A stretch of 64,000 nucleotides of DNA from Eledone cirrhosa (GCA_964016885.1 OZ024745.1:21452001-21516000), one strand, 5' to 3'. Counted from the first letter of the stretch, positions 12,846-26,471 are shown. Notes: generated from the sequence alone by a model not told the origin. Program-made: numbers and translations.

Positions 12846-15800
12846 CTACAGAACAATGTAGAGAGAAGGCCCATTTACACGGGCCATTCTCGCTTCTTTC
12901 ACCCACCTTTCATAAAACTGTCTGGGACCAAGCACTTCTCTCTCCATCCTGATTCTTCTTCCGAAGTGGTATCGGAAGAAGTAAACCAGGTGATGGCCGG
13001 AGAGAAAGTCACCCGACCTCAGACCTTTCAGGCGCGTCCACCACACAACCTCTTTCATCATGGCTATTACGCACAGAAAGACCGCCTCTGCTTCATTTCT
13101 GAAGGGAGGAGGCGGCTTGATGTTCACCACAGACTCGGCGGTTAATCGAATCGGCGCCACACGCGACAGCAGTCGTTCGACGTAGCCCCACAGATCGGCA
13201 ACGCCCGGGCAGTGTACCAGTGCATGCGCAACGGTTTCCTCGTCGCGCACGCATCTGGGACAGATCTTTTTCGCGGGATCCCTTCCCGGGCGCCCGTGTC
13301 TGTAGAGCTTTTCTCGAACGGGCAGAACCCCCCGGTAACACTGCCAGGCTAGGGACCTCTGGAAGTTGTCCATGGGTCCCGGGCCGAAAGTTCTACCGAA
13401 CAGGCTGGCCAGTTCGTCCTCCTCCATGCCTAGCGACTCTCCAAGGGTGTCGTCGCCCCTGCTAGCCACCAACCCTCTATAGAATGTCGAGGTGGATTCT
13501 CCACTGACAGTCGGGTCCGCTTGCCAGATAGCCGTGAGCGCCTGGGCACACTCGGTGTGCCAGTTGCCCAGTTTTCTCGGTCTTTGCTTCACCCAGGATT
13601 GCAGTTCGGTGAGCGAGACGAGCTGTGGGAAGGCTCGCCTCACAAACGGGGCCCACACCGGCTGACCGTTGAGGAATACCTGTAGATGCCGTAGCCTCAA
13701 TGCGTGCCTACGCATCAACAGCCACGGCATACCCAGCCCTCCTTTCGAAGGGTGCTGGCAACAGATGGATCTACTCACCATGGGAGGCCGCTTCTTCCAG
13801 AGGAACTGGAAGAGCATGCGTTCCATGATGGTGAGCTTTTCCTTGGGGCAAGGCACGACGGTCAGGCGGTAGTAGATGACGGACGCTATGTAAGCGTTCG
13901 TCACCTCCGCCCGACCTTTCAGTGATAGTTTGCACTTGGCCCACTTCTGGGTCAGCGCAAACACCCTGCTCGTCACCTCGCCCCAATTCTTCTCCACCTG
14001 GAGGTCCGGTCCGAACCAGACCCCGAGCAGCTTCACCGGGCCCTCCGTCCACCGCCCGACGACACCGTCTAACGGCATCGGTTTGCCCCTCCACGTTCCG
14101 AGTTGCAAACCGACTGACTTGTCCTGGTTCAGCTTAGCCCCCGTCAGCCTTTCGTATTCCTCCAGTAGGGTGGCGATCGCCCCGATTTCCGAGGCGTCCG
14201 CCACCATTACTGTTACGTCGTCGGCATAGGCCGAGACCGCTTTGTGCAATCCCGGTTCCAGGGGTATGCCTCGCAGGAACTCCAACTTCCGCAGCAGTGG
14301 CTCGAGAGTCAATACGTACAGAAGGGAGGAGAGGGGGCACCCCTCTCTGATGGATCGGGTGATTTGAAACGGCTCCGAGAGGTAGCCGTTTACTTTAATC
14401 CTAGAGTAGATGTTGCCACTGTGCATGGCAGAAATCCAGCCCCTGAAAACGGGTCCGAAGCCCGCCGCCGCTAGCACCGCATCCAGGTAACCATGGTCGA
14501 CCCTATCGAACGCCTTAGATTGATCCAAGTTGATCAGGGCCCCACCAAAGCCGGGTTCGTAGCCAACCCTCTCTATGATGTATCGCATGAGGTGGAGGTT
14601 GTCGTGAATGGACCTGGACGGGATAGCGCATGTCTGCGCGTCTCCCACCAAACCACCCACCACAAGCGCCAACCTCTTCGCCAAAACCTTGGCCAAAATC
14701 TGTAACTCTGCATTCAGCAGAGTTATGGGCCTAAAGTTACTTAAGTCGTCCCCCTTGCTCTCGTCCTTCCTCACTAGCGTGACCACGCCCTTGGTCACAG
14801 AACAGGGAATTCTCCAGTTCTGTTGCCAGTTGCAATAGACAGCCTCGAGGAGTTCGGAGAACAAGACCGGCATAGCTAAATAAAGTTCGTATGGTAGACC
14901 ATCGAGACCCGGGGATTCGCGTCTGCTGCATTGGCTGAGCGCTTCCCCGATTTCAGTGGCTGTGATTGGCCTTTCGCAGCACTCCGCTTCGCCGCTCGAA
15001 AGACGCGGTAGACCGTCGAGGTATGGACCGAAGTCCACATCCCCGTCCGGCCCCCCGCCACCTCCGAACAGTCGAGCAAAGTGCCTTTGAAAGGTCTCGC
15101 ACATTCGCTCAGGTTCAAGGATCACCCGTCCATCCTGGTCTCGCAAAGACCGAATGGTGGATTTAATCCCACTCTTGGCTTCTGTCACGCGGGCCCAGCT
15201 AACAGCTTTGGTCCCCTCGTTTCCTAAAGCACGTATTTTACTTCGGACAACGCAGCCTTCGTGCTTCGCGTCAAAGAACTGGCTCAATGCCGTTCTCGTC
15301 GCTAACACTCTACTACGTCTCCGCTCCTAATCGCCTCTTCTAGTTTATCTGTTAACTCCCTTTCCCTCCTATTTCTATTCGCCGCTAGTTCCTTACTGTA
15401 ACCTATCGAACTTACTCTAATCTCTCTCTTTAGAGATATCCACCACCTACTGTTGACGATCGCTCCCGTCAACCGCATCTTAACTAAGCTACTAATCCGG
15501 TTTCTGTAATCTTTCTTTGTCGGTAAGGACAAGTTCATCTTCCAGTAACCGGGACCCTGTCTATGCGTTCTATCAAGGTTGACCACGCAGGTCACTAGTT
15601 TGTGATCTGAATAGCCAACCATGATCAGTTCTGGACAACTAAATACGTCCCTATCCTTACTCCTAACCAAAAACCTATCTAGGTACGATCTAGATTGTCC
15701 ACTGCGGTTTGCCCAGGTCCAGGTTGGCGCAGTTGGACAATCTAGTCGAAATCTATCGACCAGGTCGAATCGATCGAGTAACCCCTTGAGGCTGCTACAC

Positions 15801-16278
15801 CCCCCTCTATCGGGACATGCCCCTGCATAGTCCCAACGCGCATCTAGGATTCCATTCCAGTCCCCCACTAAAAGCAGGGAACGCGACGTTCCTAGAAAAG
15901 TCTCCAGACGCTGGAAGAAGTCGGCTCTTTCCGCCCCGAAGGGAGCATAAAGACCGACCAGTCTGAAAGCCCCGCCTTCACCGCCTCCGACGTCCAGCAC
16001 CAGTAATCGACCCCCCGGGTCCGAGTGAACAATCTGTACGTCGAGAGTCAGACGTTTATCCAGCAGTACGGCAACTCCCCCCCCCCCCCGCCTCCGGGTT
16101 GACAGAGAGATGCGTGCATCTCAAAGTCATCGAAGGCGGGCGCCAGCTGTCTCACGCTGCTGATCCGACTCTCGCAAACAACCATCACATCTATACTTTG
16201 TGACCTGAGGTCACTTAGAAGCTTTGCTTGCTTCCAAGCTGAGCCCAGGCCACGCGCGTTCAAACAGCCAACTCTCAA
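12846..16278 (-). pseudogene. Family B ORF2 (APE + RT), two frameshifts
   Basis: Segments 16048-16278 (LNARG, VCES), 15302-16000 (LYAP, VGDWN, YLDR, YSDH) and 12846-15308 (SPGLDG, FRPITLLN, KAFDRVDH, YADD, CPRC..ETVAH..HC). Confidence 0.93.
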
Positions 16279-16283
16279 TTGAT

Positions 16284-18137
16284 CTATTTTGGTGTTGAAA
16301 GTGAAGAAAGAAAAGCACTTACCTCTCCGGGTTGCGTAATTTCCATGGCATCAGGTGTGTTGGGTGGAGGGATGTTTTGTGGTGGTGTGGGGGTACACGT
16401 GTGTGGTGGGGTTGGGGTATTTGGAGTTGTGTCAGGGAGAGGGGCGGTTATGGGGAAATCTTTCAAGAGGACGCGATTCAACGGTTTTAAACAGGGGGGG
16501 CTCACGTCCCGTCTAAATTGTTCTTTTAAGGAACGATAAAAGTCCAGAGGGACCTTTATCATTTTTAAATGGGTGAAGTTCTCTGTTGAGATAAAGTTTG
16601 GCCCTTCGGTCTGCACCATAGGGTTATTGTTTATTAATTTAACCAGTTTTTTGTTTTCTTTATTTATATATGTGTATTGCAACGTCTTTTTTTGTGATGC
16701 TGTCAATGTTTCGGAGAGGGGAGGCGCAGATTTATTTTTGTTTGTTGAGGGTGGGGTGTTTTTGATTGGAGTTGGTGTTTGTGTGTGGGTTATTTGTGGT
16801 GTGCTGGGTGTGTGCTTTCTTTTTTTTCTTTTAACTTGTCTGAAGGCTTCTCCTCCTTCTTCTTCAGAAGTTGGGGGAAACTCTTCAGCGCTAGGTGGGA
16901 GGGACGTGTTGTGTGGTTGTTGTTTTTTTGCGGGAGGGGTAGATTTGTTACTGTTTTTTTTATTATTTGTTTGGAATGGGTTTTGTGGTGGTGGTGGTAA
17001 TGTTTGTGTCGTGCTTGTGGTTGGTGATGGTGATGTTTGTGTTGTGGTTGGTGGTGGTGATTTTTGTGTCGTGCTTGTGTTTGGTGCTGGTGGTGGTGAT
17101 GTTTGTGTTGTGTTTGTGGTTGGTGGTGTCTGTATTTTGTTTGCTGTGTGTGGTATTACTGTATTTTTGGAGGTGGGTGGTGTTGGTGTACTGTTTGTGG
17201 TGGGTGTGGGCAATAGTCCTTTTTGGGGGATACGTTTCGGGCAGTTAGCCTTAACGTGTCCCCTTTCCATGCATAAATAGCATGCTGGTGTTCTCCCCTC
17301 TACAATTATGTCTATTGGGGTAAGGTCATCCAGCCAGATGCGATCCGGGATTTGTGCTATTCTTTCGGGCCTCATTTGGACTAGTATGTCGAGGCCCATT
17401 CCCAGGAACGCATCTCCAGTTGCCTTCCCCATTGACAGCATTGTGTCTTCGCCCATATCAATGAAGCCAGCAATAGCCCACCAGAAGTCCATTGTGGGCA
17501 GCATTGTTTTTACTTTTACTCTCTGTGTTCTTCTACCCATGTAGGAGGGATAGAAGCTATATGTTGTCGACGAGAGTGGGCTTAGGGAAAGCTTCTCCGC
17601 CGTTTCTTTGTCTCTTGTTAGGACCGAAATGCTGCCATAGAGTCGGTCCTTTCGTATGAAGAGAATATTCTTCATATAGTCTTTTAGGACTAACTCTATT
17701 TCCATTTGGCTGGGCTGTGCTGGCTTTCTTGTCTGGTTCAGTATAGTTCTGTAGAGAACTGTGTTTTCTGCTCTGGCTTTCTTGAATTCTGGGGGGGAGT
17801 TAATGGAAAACATTCCGTTCTCCCCCAAAACAATGTGTTTCTTTGCTTCGGCCAGTTTTTCTCTGGCGGCAGTTAGGTCAATTGGTGTGTATGTAATGGA
17901 TTGTTTTGTTTTCTGGGCGAAAGTTGCCCTGTCGTTATTTGTATTATTTTCTGTTTGTTTGTTTTCTGTTTGCTCATTTTCCTTAACATTTGTTTTTTCA
18001 TTTTGTTTGTTTGTTTCAATGTCTAATTTTGTTGTAATTATTTTTTGTTCTTCAGACTTGGGGGGCGTGGCAGAGCTAATGGCAGACATGTCTGCCATCT
18101 TTTCCGCCATGCTGCCAAGAAAGAAATTTTTCGGCAA
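16284..18137 (-). CDS. Family B ORF1, gag-like protein with CCHC zinc knuckle
   Basis: Open 617-aa ORF with VEGRTPACYLCMERGHVKANC, a Pro/Thr-rich linker and a basic KRKKRK stretch. Layout parallels family A ORF1. Confidence 0.88.
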   Translation of the reverse strand: MPKNFFLGSMAEKMADMSAISSATPPKSEEQKIITTKLDIETNKQNEKTNVKENEQTENKQTENNTNNDRATFAQKTKQSITYTPIDLTAAREKLAEAKKHIVLGENGMFSINSPPEFKKARAENTVLYRTILNQTRKPAQPSQMEIELVLKDYMKNILFIRKDRLYGSISVLTRDKETAEKLSLSPLSSTTYSFYPSYMGRRTQRVKVKTMLPTMDFWWAIAGFIDMGEDTMLSMGKATGDAFLGMGLDILVQMRPERIAQIPDRIWLDDLTPIDIIVEGRTPACYLCMERGHVKANCPKRIPQKGLLPTPTTNSTPTPPTSKNTVIPHTANKIQTPPTTNTTQTSPPPAPNTSTTQKSPPPTTTQTSPSPTTSTTQTLPPPPQNPFQTNNKKNSNKSTPPAKKQQPHNTSLPPSAEEFPPTSEEEGGEAFRQVKRKKRKHTPSTPQITHTQTPTPIKNTPPSTNKNKSAPPLSETLTASQKKTLQYTYINKENKKLVKLINNNPMVQTEGPNFISTENFTHLKMIKVPLDFYRSLKEQFRRDVSPPCLKPLNRVLLKDFPITAPLPDTTPNTPTPPHTCTPTPPQNIPPPNTPDAMEITQPGEVSAFLSSLSTPK

Positions 18138-18759
18138 AAATAGATATTTATTTTACCCCCTAAAAAGGGGGTAAATGCAAAAATGTTTCCCTAAATAACA
18201 GGGGTTAGTGTTCCAAATGTGTTGCACTAAAAAATTTATCCGGTACTTACAATAGTAAGGGTAAATCCCGATGGAATAGCGGAGCCGATGCGAAGCGTGT
18301 CTTACTCTATCAAGATAGATAGATAGATAGATAGGGAGAATACATGAGTGAGAGGGAGGAGAGTAAATGATAAAATGTTGACAATGATATGGAGAGTGAA
18401 TGAGAGAATAAATTCAGCTTCTCTTCTCTCTTTCTCGCTCTCTCTTTTTTTCCCACTCGCTCTCAACACACTCTCTCGCTATTTATCTCTCTCTGCCGTT
18501 CTCCTTCTTTATCTTCTCCCCCCTCTCTCTCCCTCTCTCTCTTTCTCTTTCTCTCTCTCCACACACAGACAGGTGGATAAACCCAAGGGAAGCAGAAAGA
18601 AGTGACAATAGACGATGACATAGCGAGAACGCTGACGAGAGAGAAGCTGATGACAATATCATCATACTGCGTAATCGCTGTCATCGTCATTTCCTAGCTA
18701 GTAACATGATGACAACAATGACGATAACGATGTATACAACGACAATGGTGATAAGCAGG

Positions 18760-19725
18760 CTGATGATGGTGATGGTGGTGATGGTGGTGGTGGTGATGGT
18801 GGTGGTGGTCGGGGTGATGGTGGTGATGGTGGTGATGGTGGTGATGGTGGTGGTGCTGATGGTGGTGGTGGTGGGGGTGATGGTGGTGATGGTGGTGATG
18901 GTGGTGATGGTGGTGATGGTGGTGATGGTGATGGTGGTGATGGTGGTGGTGGTGGGGTGATGGTGGTGATGGTGGTGGTGATGGTGGTGTCGGTGGTGAT
19001 GGTGGTGATGGTGGTGTTGGTGAGGGGGTGATGGTAGTTGTGATGGTGGTGTTGGTGAGGGGGGTGATGGTGTGTGTGTGGGGGGGGGGGGTTGTGATGG
19101 TGGTGTCGGTGGTGATGGTGGTGGTTATGGTGGGGTGATGGTGGTGGCGGTGGTGGTAGTTGTGATGGTGGTGTTGGTGAGGGGGGTGATGGTGTGTGTG
19201 TGTGGGGGGGGGGGTTGTGATGGTGGTGGTGGTGATGGGGGTGGGGGTGGGGGTAATGGGGGTGATGGGGGTGGCGGTGGTGGTAGTGGTGATGGTGGTG
19301 TCGGTGGTGATGGTAGTGATGGTGGTGTTGGTGAGGGGGGTGATGGTGTGAGGGGGTGATGGTGGTGGTGATGGTGGTGGTGGTGATGGTGATGGTGATG
19401 GTGGTGGTTGTGATGGTGGTGGTGATGGTGGTGGTGATGGTGGTGTCGGTGGTGATGGTGGTGGTGGTGGTGGGGGTGATGGTGGTGATGGTGGTGGTGA
19501 TGGTGGTGTCGGTGTTGATGGTGGTGTTGGTGAGGGGGGTGATGGTGTGTGTGGGGTGTGTTTGTGTGTGGGGGGGTTGTGATGGTGGTGGTGATGGTGG
19601 TGGTGGTGATGGTGGTGGTGATGGTGGGGTGATGGTGGTGGCGGTGGTGGTAGTGGTGATGGTGGTGTTGGTGAGGGGGGGGGGGATGGTGGTGGTGATG
19701 GTGGTGATGGTGGTGTTGATGATGA
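18760..19725. repeat. (GGT/GAT)-rich compound microsatellite
   Basis: Direct inspection. Confidence 0.9.
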
Positions 19726-19869
19726 TGATCATCATCATGATCATCATCATTATTATCATTATCAGCAGCAGCAACATTATGGACATTAACAGGATGTGAA
19801 TCAGCAACAGATGTAGTAAGGAAAACGTAATAACGCCCGCGGTCTGCCATCGCTACTACCCACCAATAA

Positions 19870-21310
19870 TTATCTATAATACTTCCATGGGCCGTATTGC
19901 CTTATTAGCAAAGAGACAAACTGGGGAAAGATGCGTCGGAGAAACAGCAAAAAAATGTGTTTATCGTGAAAGAAACTCTTGAGGTGTCGCAGTTTCAGGA
20001 CTTGTCTGTGCATCAATATCTTTTCCACTGCATGCCTAGTCCTCAATGAAGCGGGTGTGACCAATCAATTGATCACATGACCAGTGGAACGTGACGCCTC
20101 CACAAAAAAAAAAAAAAAAAAAATAACAACAGACGCTCAGAACCGGTCAAATGTGAACTACAACAAGGCATGACAGGTAGATGGCAATAAATGACAGAGG
20201 CGGTGTAAGCATTCGACACCTTAACTCGACCTTTCAGAAACTGGCTACCCCGACTTCTCAACTCATCCCAGTTCTTGTCCACTTGGAGATCTGGATCAAA
20301 CCACTTCCTGAACACTTGACTTGATCCCAGCACCTGATAACGCTATTGGATGTCATGAACCTGCCTCTCCAGTTACCGAGTTGCTGTTAATTTTCGCTCC
20401 TGCCACAGCCTCGACATCTCTTACAGCGTTGCCGGATCACCTGAATATATTTGGTGCTCAACACATCTACGGTGACATCATTCATATAAGCCGACGACGC
20501 CCTTCAAAGTTTCTACAGTAGAGGATCTAGAGTTAGTTCATATTGAAAATACGAATGAGGACAGCATTGAAAGACAAAATGCTATATATTGAAAGGTTTC
20601 GATATGTGGCCATTTACTCAGACCACCGAGCAGATATCGCTGTACATTGCTGTGATTCAGTCTCCAAACCAACTGCCTTGAGGACAGGCATCATGTATGG
20701 TTGATCCTATCGAAAGCTTTTGATTGGGCTAAATTCATATGAGTTCTACTCATGCAAGATTCCGTATCCACACTCTCTATGATTTATCATAAGGATTGGA
20801 GGGTATCATGGATGTCAACGCCTCCTCATACAGGCTACCAACTACACGTGCCAACCTCGTTCTAATGACTTAAGCAACATCTTGAAATCTGCCTTCTGTT
20901 ACTAGTTATATTAAACATTTGTCAAACAAGTCTAACATATGAGCATAAAGCTCGTAGAGCAGACAATCCCAACCAGATGATTACATCCTGTACAACTAGC
21001 CATCTCCTCCCATATTTCAGTGGTATTTTGTAACTCACCACATCCGTTGTCAAGAACTGCACCAGGCCGTTGAGGAAAGCATTGAAGTCCATATTGCGAT
21101 CCGGTCGACCAGTTTGTCTTAAAAATTGAGGTAAGTGCCAATGTAAAACTGAACATATGTGTTTGTAATTAAGTATTATCACTCACACGTCTTGGGCCGT
21201 CAAAGACCGAAATATGACTCTGTTGTCAGTCTGTGCTTCTTCAAAAGGCTTTCGTTCTTCCGTGTCTTAGAGCATGCGCCGTAGCTCTGATAGTGCAATC
21301 TTCTTGCTTG
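19870..21310 (-). pseudogene. Old, heavily decayed Tx1-like ORF2
   Basis: Remnants WFDPDLQVDKNWDE, LKGRVKVSNAYTASVIY, AQSKAFDR and AKQEDCTIRA..ALRH match families A and B. Confidence 0.8.
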
Positions 21311-21682
21311 GCCTTGAACTCGATATTTTCATCATGGTGTTGATATTGTTGATTAGTGATAATTGTCGTGATCTTAGGGCACGCTGTGGTGGTTGTGTCA
21401 TTGGTTGTGATAATAGTTGTTGTGGATGTGCTGTTGGTTGTAGTGTTGACAGTGTTGATGTTGATGTTGGTGCTGAACTGGTGATAGAGGTTGGGGGACA
21501 TGATTGATAACAGTAGTGTTGATGATAACGGTTGGGAGGTTGGTGAGAGGTAATAGTTAGTGGTGGTAGAATAGGTGCTAACATTCATTTTCCTACTTTC
21601 TGTCGCCACTTGACCGTGCCTTGGGTTTTGTAATTATATTTGGTGTTAGACTTCAAGTCTTCTTTCAGAACAGTCAGCCCTT

Positions 21683-21799
21683 TAACAACAACAACAACAA
21701 CAACAACAACAGCAGCAGCAGCAGCAGCAGCAACACCAGCAGCAGCAACAACAGCAGTAGCAGCAACAACAACAACAGCAACAACAACAACAACAACAA

Positions 21800-21832
<33 letters not shown>

Positions 21833-21883
21833 TAGCAACAGCAGCAGCAGCAACAACAACAACAACAACAACAACAATAACAG

Positions 21884-21921
<38 letters not shown>

Positions 21922-21968
21922 ACAACAACAGCAGCAGCAGCAACAACAGCAGCAGCAACAGCAGTAGC

Positions 21969-22008
<40 letters not shown>

Positions 22009-22096
22009 GCAACAACAACAGCAGCAGCAGCAGCAGCAGCAACAGCTATTGCAGCAGTAGTAACAACAACAACAACAATGACATTAGCAGCAGCAG
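21683..22096. repeat. (CAA)n/(CAG)n compound microsatellite
   Basis: Direct inspection. Confidence 0.95.
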
Positions 22097-22280
22097 TCCC
22101 ATTAGGTCAATACAACCCAACTCTGGATTATTTTCACTTCCCAAACTCCTTCCTTCAAAATCTTCCTATTAATCTTTCTTTTCCCTTCTTTGTATCTTTC
22201 TTTCTTTCTCTCTGACTTTCTTCATTTCTTTCTTTATTTATTTCCTGTTAGTCTCTCTTTCATTCACGTTCTCTCTTTGC

Positions 22281-22348
<68 letters not shown>

Positions 22349-22352
<4 letters not shown>

Positions 22353-23020
22353 ATGTAATAACAATAATAAATTTGAAGACTAAAATCCAAAGAGGGCTCG
22401 ATAAGGATAAATATATATCAAATATATAAAAACCCTAGAGCAAATATTTATTGAAAAAAACAGATTAAAGTTTAAGCAAAGAATCGCTGCTTTCACCCTT
22501 AACGGGTGCTTTCTGCAGCCGCAACCTGGTGCAGTCTGCGACTGACCAGGTTCTGCTGCACGTCGGGCTGAGGGGGCCAAACTCCTCAAATACCGGTCGC
22601 TCTCCGACAGGTTTGCGGTCTTACCCCTGGCAGTGGAGATTTCTGGTGTCCTGGGCCCCAGGGCTACCTCCTTACTCACCACCATAGGCGCTGAGCTGGC
22701 CAGCCGCAGGCGTGAGGCCCGCGAGTTGGAGTGGCTTTTCCAGCGCGTCGCCCTTGCCGTCCTCCAGAGAAACGCCTTCTCCATTCTGTCCGCCGAGGCT
22801 GTGGGTGGGCCCCATCGCGTACCGTTGCAGTTGTTATAGAAGAAACAGGAAGATAACAAAAGATAGACATCAAGCAATTGACTAAACATTTAATCTTCTC
22901 TAGCAATTTGTTATGATACACACCTATGTTTTTTGCTTCCATTCTTTCTCAGAAGAATTTGATAAAATTCCAGGTGTTTTGTTAGCAGGATACCAAACTT
23001 TAATCTGTTATTTTAATAAA
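22349..23020. mobile_element. Asymmetric fold-back insertion enclosing foreign sequence
   Basis: AACAGATTAAAGTTT (~22458) is inverted to AAACTTTAATCTGTT (~22996), with a long tail at 22349-22457. The same family recurs rearranged at 23608-23787. TA flanks. Confidence 0.55.
22520..22839 (+). pseudogene. 3' fragment of a CRE-clade-like non-LTR element (restriction-like endonuclease C-terminus)
   Basis: GC-rich island translating AARRAEGAKLLKYRSLSDRFAVLPLAVEISGVLG...WLFQRVALAVLQRNA, which fits the E..K..KY / F.P.A.E..G..G / QR.....Q.GNA pattern. Confidence 0.72.
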
Positions 23021-23027
23021 TAAATAA

Positions 23028-23088
<61 letters not shown>

Positions 23089-23092
<4 letters not shown>

Positions 23093-23499
23093 TAAACGGA
23101 ATAGAAAATGCTGACAAATTGTTCACAGTTGAAAAATGGTTTAATTAGGGATAAAAGAGTATTAGTGATTGTATGGGTTAGTATTCAGTTGTGGTTTTAA
23201 GTTTTAAAGTTTTTACCGGTTGCGCATTTCAAAATGCGCATTTCTAAATGCTTTTCAGTGCTGATCAGAGCAAACAACACGGACACTCTATCTCAAAATT
23301 ATTTCTGAAAAGCATTTAGAAATGCGCAACCGGTAAAAACTTTAAAACTTAAAACCACAACTGAATACTAACCCATACAATCACTAATACTCTTTTATCC
23401 CTAATTAAACCATTTTTCAACTGTGAACAATTTGTCAGCATTTTCTATTCCGTTTACCAATATATAATAACTTGTGTGTTACACCTCTATTCTTTTAAC
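23089..23499. mobile_element. Fold-back Penelope-like insertion in (TA)n
   Basis: Inverted arms about 23089-23258 / 23305-23460, tail to 23499. Degenerate hammerhead remnant CTGA...GAAATGCGCA. Confidence 0.75.
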
Positions 23500-23609
<110 letters not shown>

Positions 23610-23818
23610 AACTTTAATCTGTTATTTATATATATACTGTATATATATATATATATATATTAAAATAACAGATTAAAGTTTAAGCAAAGAATCGCTGCTT
23701 TTCATCCTTAATGGGATTTTATATGTATATTTATCCTTATCGGGCCCTCTTCGGATTTTAGTCTTCACATTTATTATTATATTACTACACACACACACAC
23801 ATACACACATACACACAC

Positions 23819-23926
<108 letters not shown>

Positions 23927-24353
23927 GTAATAAACAACATAAGGCAATTATTTCATTTACCAGTGGTTTCTTAAAAGCCAAAAAAAATTTTGTTTTCAAT
24001 CATCAGAATGAAAGAATCTTGGTGTATTTATTGGCGTTGGATTTTAAAAACAAAAAATATAATCTATATGAAAGTGAGGCTGGATAAAGAAGAAGGAAAG
24101 GAAAAATAAAAACACACATGCAAACACACACACACACACACACACACAATTAAATACATACACATATATATATATATACATACACATATATATATATATA
24201 CATACACACATACATACACACACACATATACACACACACACACATATATATGTGTATATATATACATACACATACATATACACATACATACATACACATA
24301 TAAATATCAACATATCCATACATACACATACATACAAATAGACAAACATGCAT

Positions 24354-24392
<39 letters not shown>

Positions 24393-24901
24393 TGCATATA
24401 TATATATGTATATATATACATAAACATATATATACATACATACACACACATACATATATATACACAGATACATATATATATACATATACATACACATACA
24501 TATTCATACATATATACATACACATACATACATATATACACACATACAATCATACGTCTATACACACGTACATACATACACATACACACATATATGCACG
24601 AATACATACGCATGCACAAATACCTACATACTCACACATACAAATAAATATAAGAAAAAATATATAATAATAAAAAATTAAAAATGAATATAAAGATTAT
24701 TATAGTGTTGACAGCGATACAGGCAACAAATAAATGAACAAACACACGTGGTAAGCAATACACACAAATGTACGTACACATACATACGTAAAAATATATA
24801 CATACACACACTCTCACACATACACTTACATATACAATTACATAAACACATACATACACATACACATATACATACACACACACACACATACATATATACA
24901 T

Positions 24902-24952
<51 letters not shown>

Positions 24953-25066
24953 CATACACATACATATACATACATATCACAAACACATACATACAAATAC
25001 AAACACATATATATGTGTAAAACTCATTCTTAGATAATTCATATGAACCTTGTTTAACTCTAAAAC

Positions 25067-25121
<55 letters not shown>

Positions 25122-25254
25122 TATACCTACACACACATATACATACACATACGTATGCATACATACATACACACACACACACACATATAATTATATATAT
25201 ATGAGAAAGAACATAAATAATATATATATAAAAAAACCTAAATATTGTATATAT

Positions 25255-25378
25255 AAAAATAAAAATAAAAATAAAAATAAAAATAAAAATAAAAATAAAA
25301 ATAAAAATAAAAATAAAAATAAAAATAAAAATAAAAATAAAAATAAAAATAAAAATAAAAATAAAAATGAAAATAAAA
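25255..25378. repeat. (AAAAAT)n microsatellite
   Basis: About 20 copies. Confidence 0.95.
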
Positions 25379-25474
25379 AGTTGGGAATACGACAAATAAT
25401 AAATAAAAAATATATTATAAAAGGGTATAAATGTTTATAACAGATTTAGAGCACTCAACAAATTACATCATTAG

Positions 25475-26470
25475 CTATAAAAGGCAGATTGTTGTTTGTG
25501 TGTGTGTGCATGTTCCATGTTTATACATTTGCACAATTTCAAACCGATTCGACTCAACGTCTGTGAGAATGTTGTAAATGGCTAAACTTAGGTCAACGAT
25601 TATTTATTTCATTCAAACTCACCCGCAATTATGGAAATAATCGATAAAACTAAATACATGACGCTTTACCCCTCTAATACAATCAGTTTAACTCTCTCTA
25701 CTCCTCTTAAAATTCGATAAAACTACATACATGCTGCATCTTTCTCTGATATACGATTAAACTCACAAACTTTAAGAGAGAGAGAGGGAAGTTGTTTGAG
25801 TGTGGAACGGTCAAACATTTATTTACTTCAATGACAAAGAGAACTTATTACATTTCATACGAAACAACAATTATTCAAAAGCCACAGATAAATTTATTCA
25901 ACAACAACAAAAATAGCGATAAATCTTTTTTAGAACATCTATCAACGAACGTGGAAGAAAGAAGTATCAGTTCATTTACTATACACAATAATATCCTCTA
26001 TGAGGTCACTAAACCTGCTAGAAACTGCAGCTAACTCTCCCCCATATCACACCACTCCCTACTGTCTTAAATTTAGAAAACATATCCTCTATGAGGTCAC
26101 TAAACCTGCTAGAAACACCAGCTAACTCTCTCCCATATCACACCCCTCCCTACTGTCTTAAATTTAGAAAACACACATTAGACAACCATGCAGAACAACT
26201 CCATCGCAGCTCTGTTGTTCGGCTGGCATCGTCTACGCGCGTGTTGCGCAAGTACTGTGAAACAATAAATTTCAACACTTCTTTGCACAGAGACAATATC
26301 CATAGGCGAAACTACAATTGTCACTGCTGACGCAGCTCCTGCTTCGGCCGTCCAGGTCTGCAATTCATTCACCCAGTGCCTGGCAGACAAAAAAGAGCTG
26401 CCATAAAATGGGTGGTGCAACCTAACTTTGGTAACTTACTGACCCCGAGCAACGCCGGGCTTTAATGCTA

Positions 26471-26471
<1 letters not shown>
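25475..26471 (+). mobile_element. Non-autonomous Helitron-like element
   Basis: 3' hairpin CCCG-AGCAACGC-CGGG followed by CTAG|T at 26468-26472. Plausible 5' end CTATAAAAGGCAG + (GT)n. Internal ~91-bp tandem duplication at 25991-26174. The 5' boundary is approximate. Confidence 0.6.

Larger units (their letters stand above)
12614..18313 (-). mobile_element. Full-length Tx1/L1-clade non-LTR retrotransposon, family B, flanked by (GATA)n on both sides
   Basis: 5' UTR, ORF1, ORF2 and a 3' UTR with AATAAA. GATA arrays lie at 12565-12613 and 18314-18333. Confidence 0.95.

Noticed and set aside
21621-22215. Poly-N/S, poly-T/A and poly-L ORFs
   Set aside because: CAA/CAG microsatellite with no flanking coding signal.
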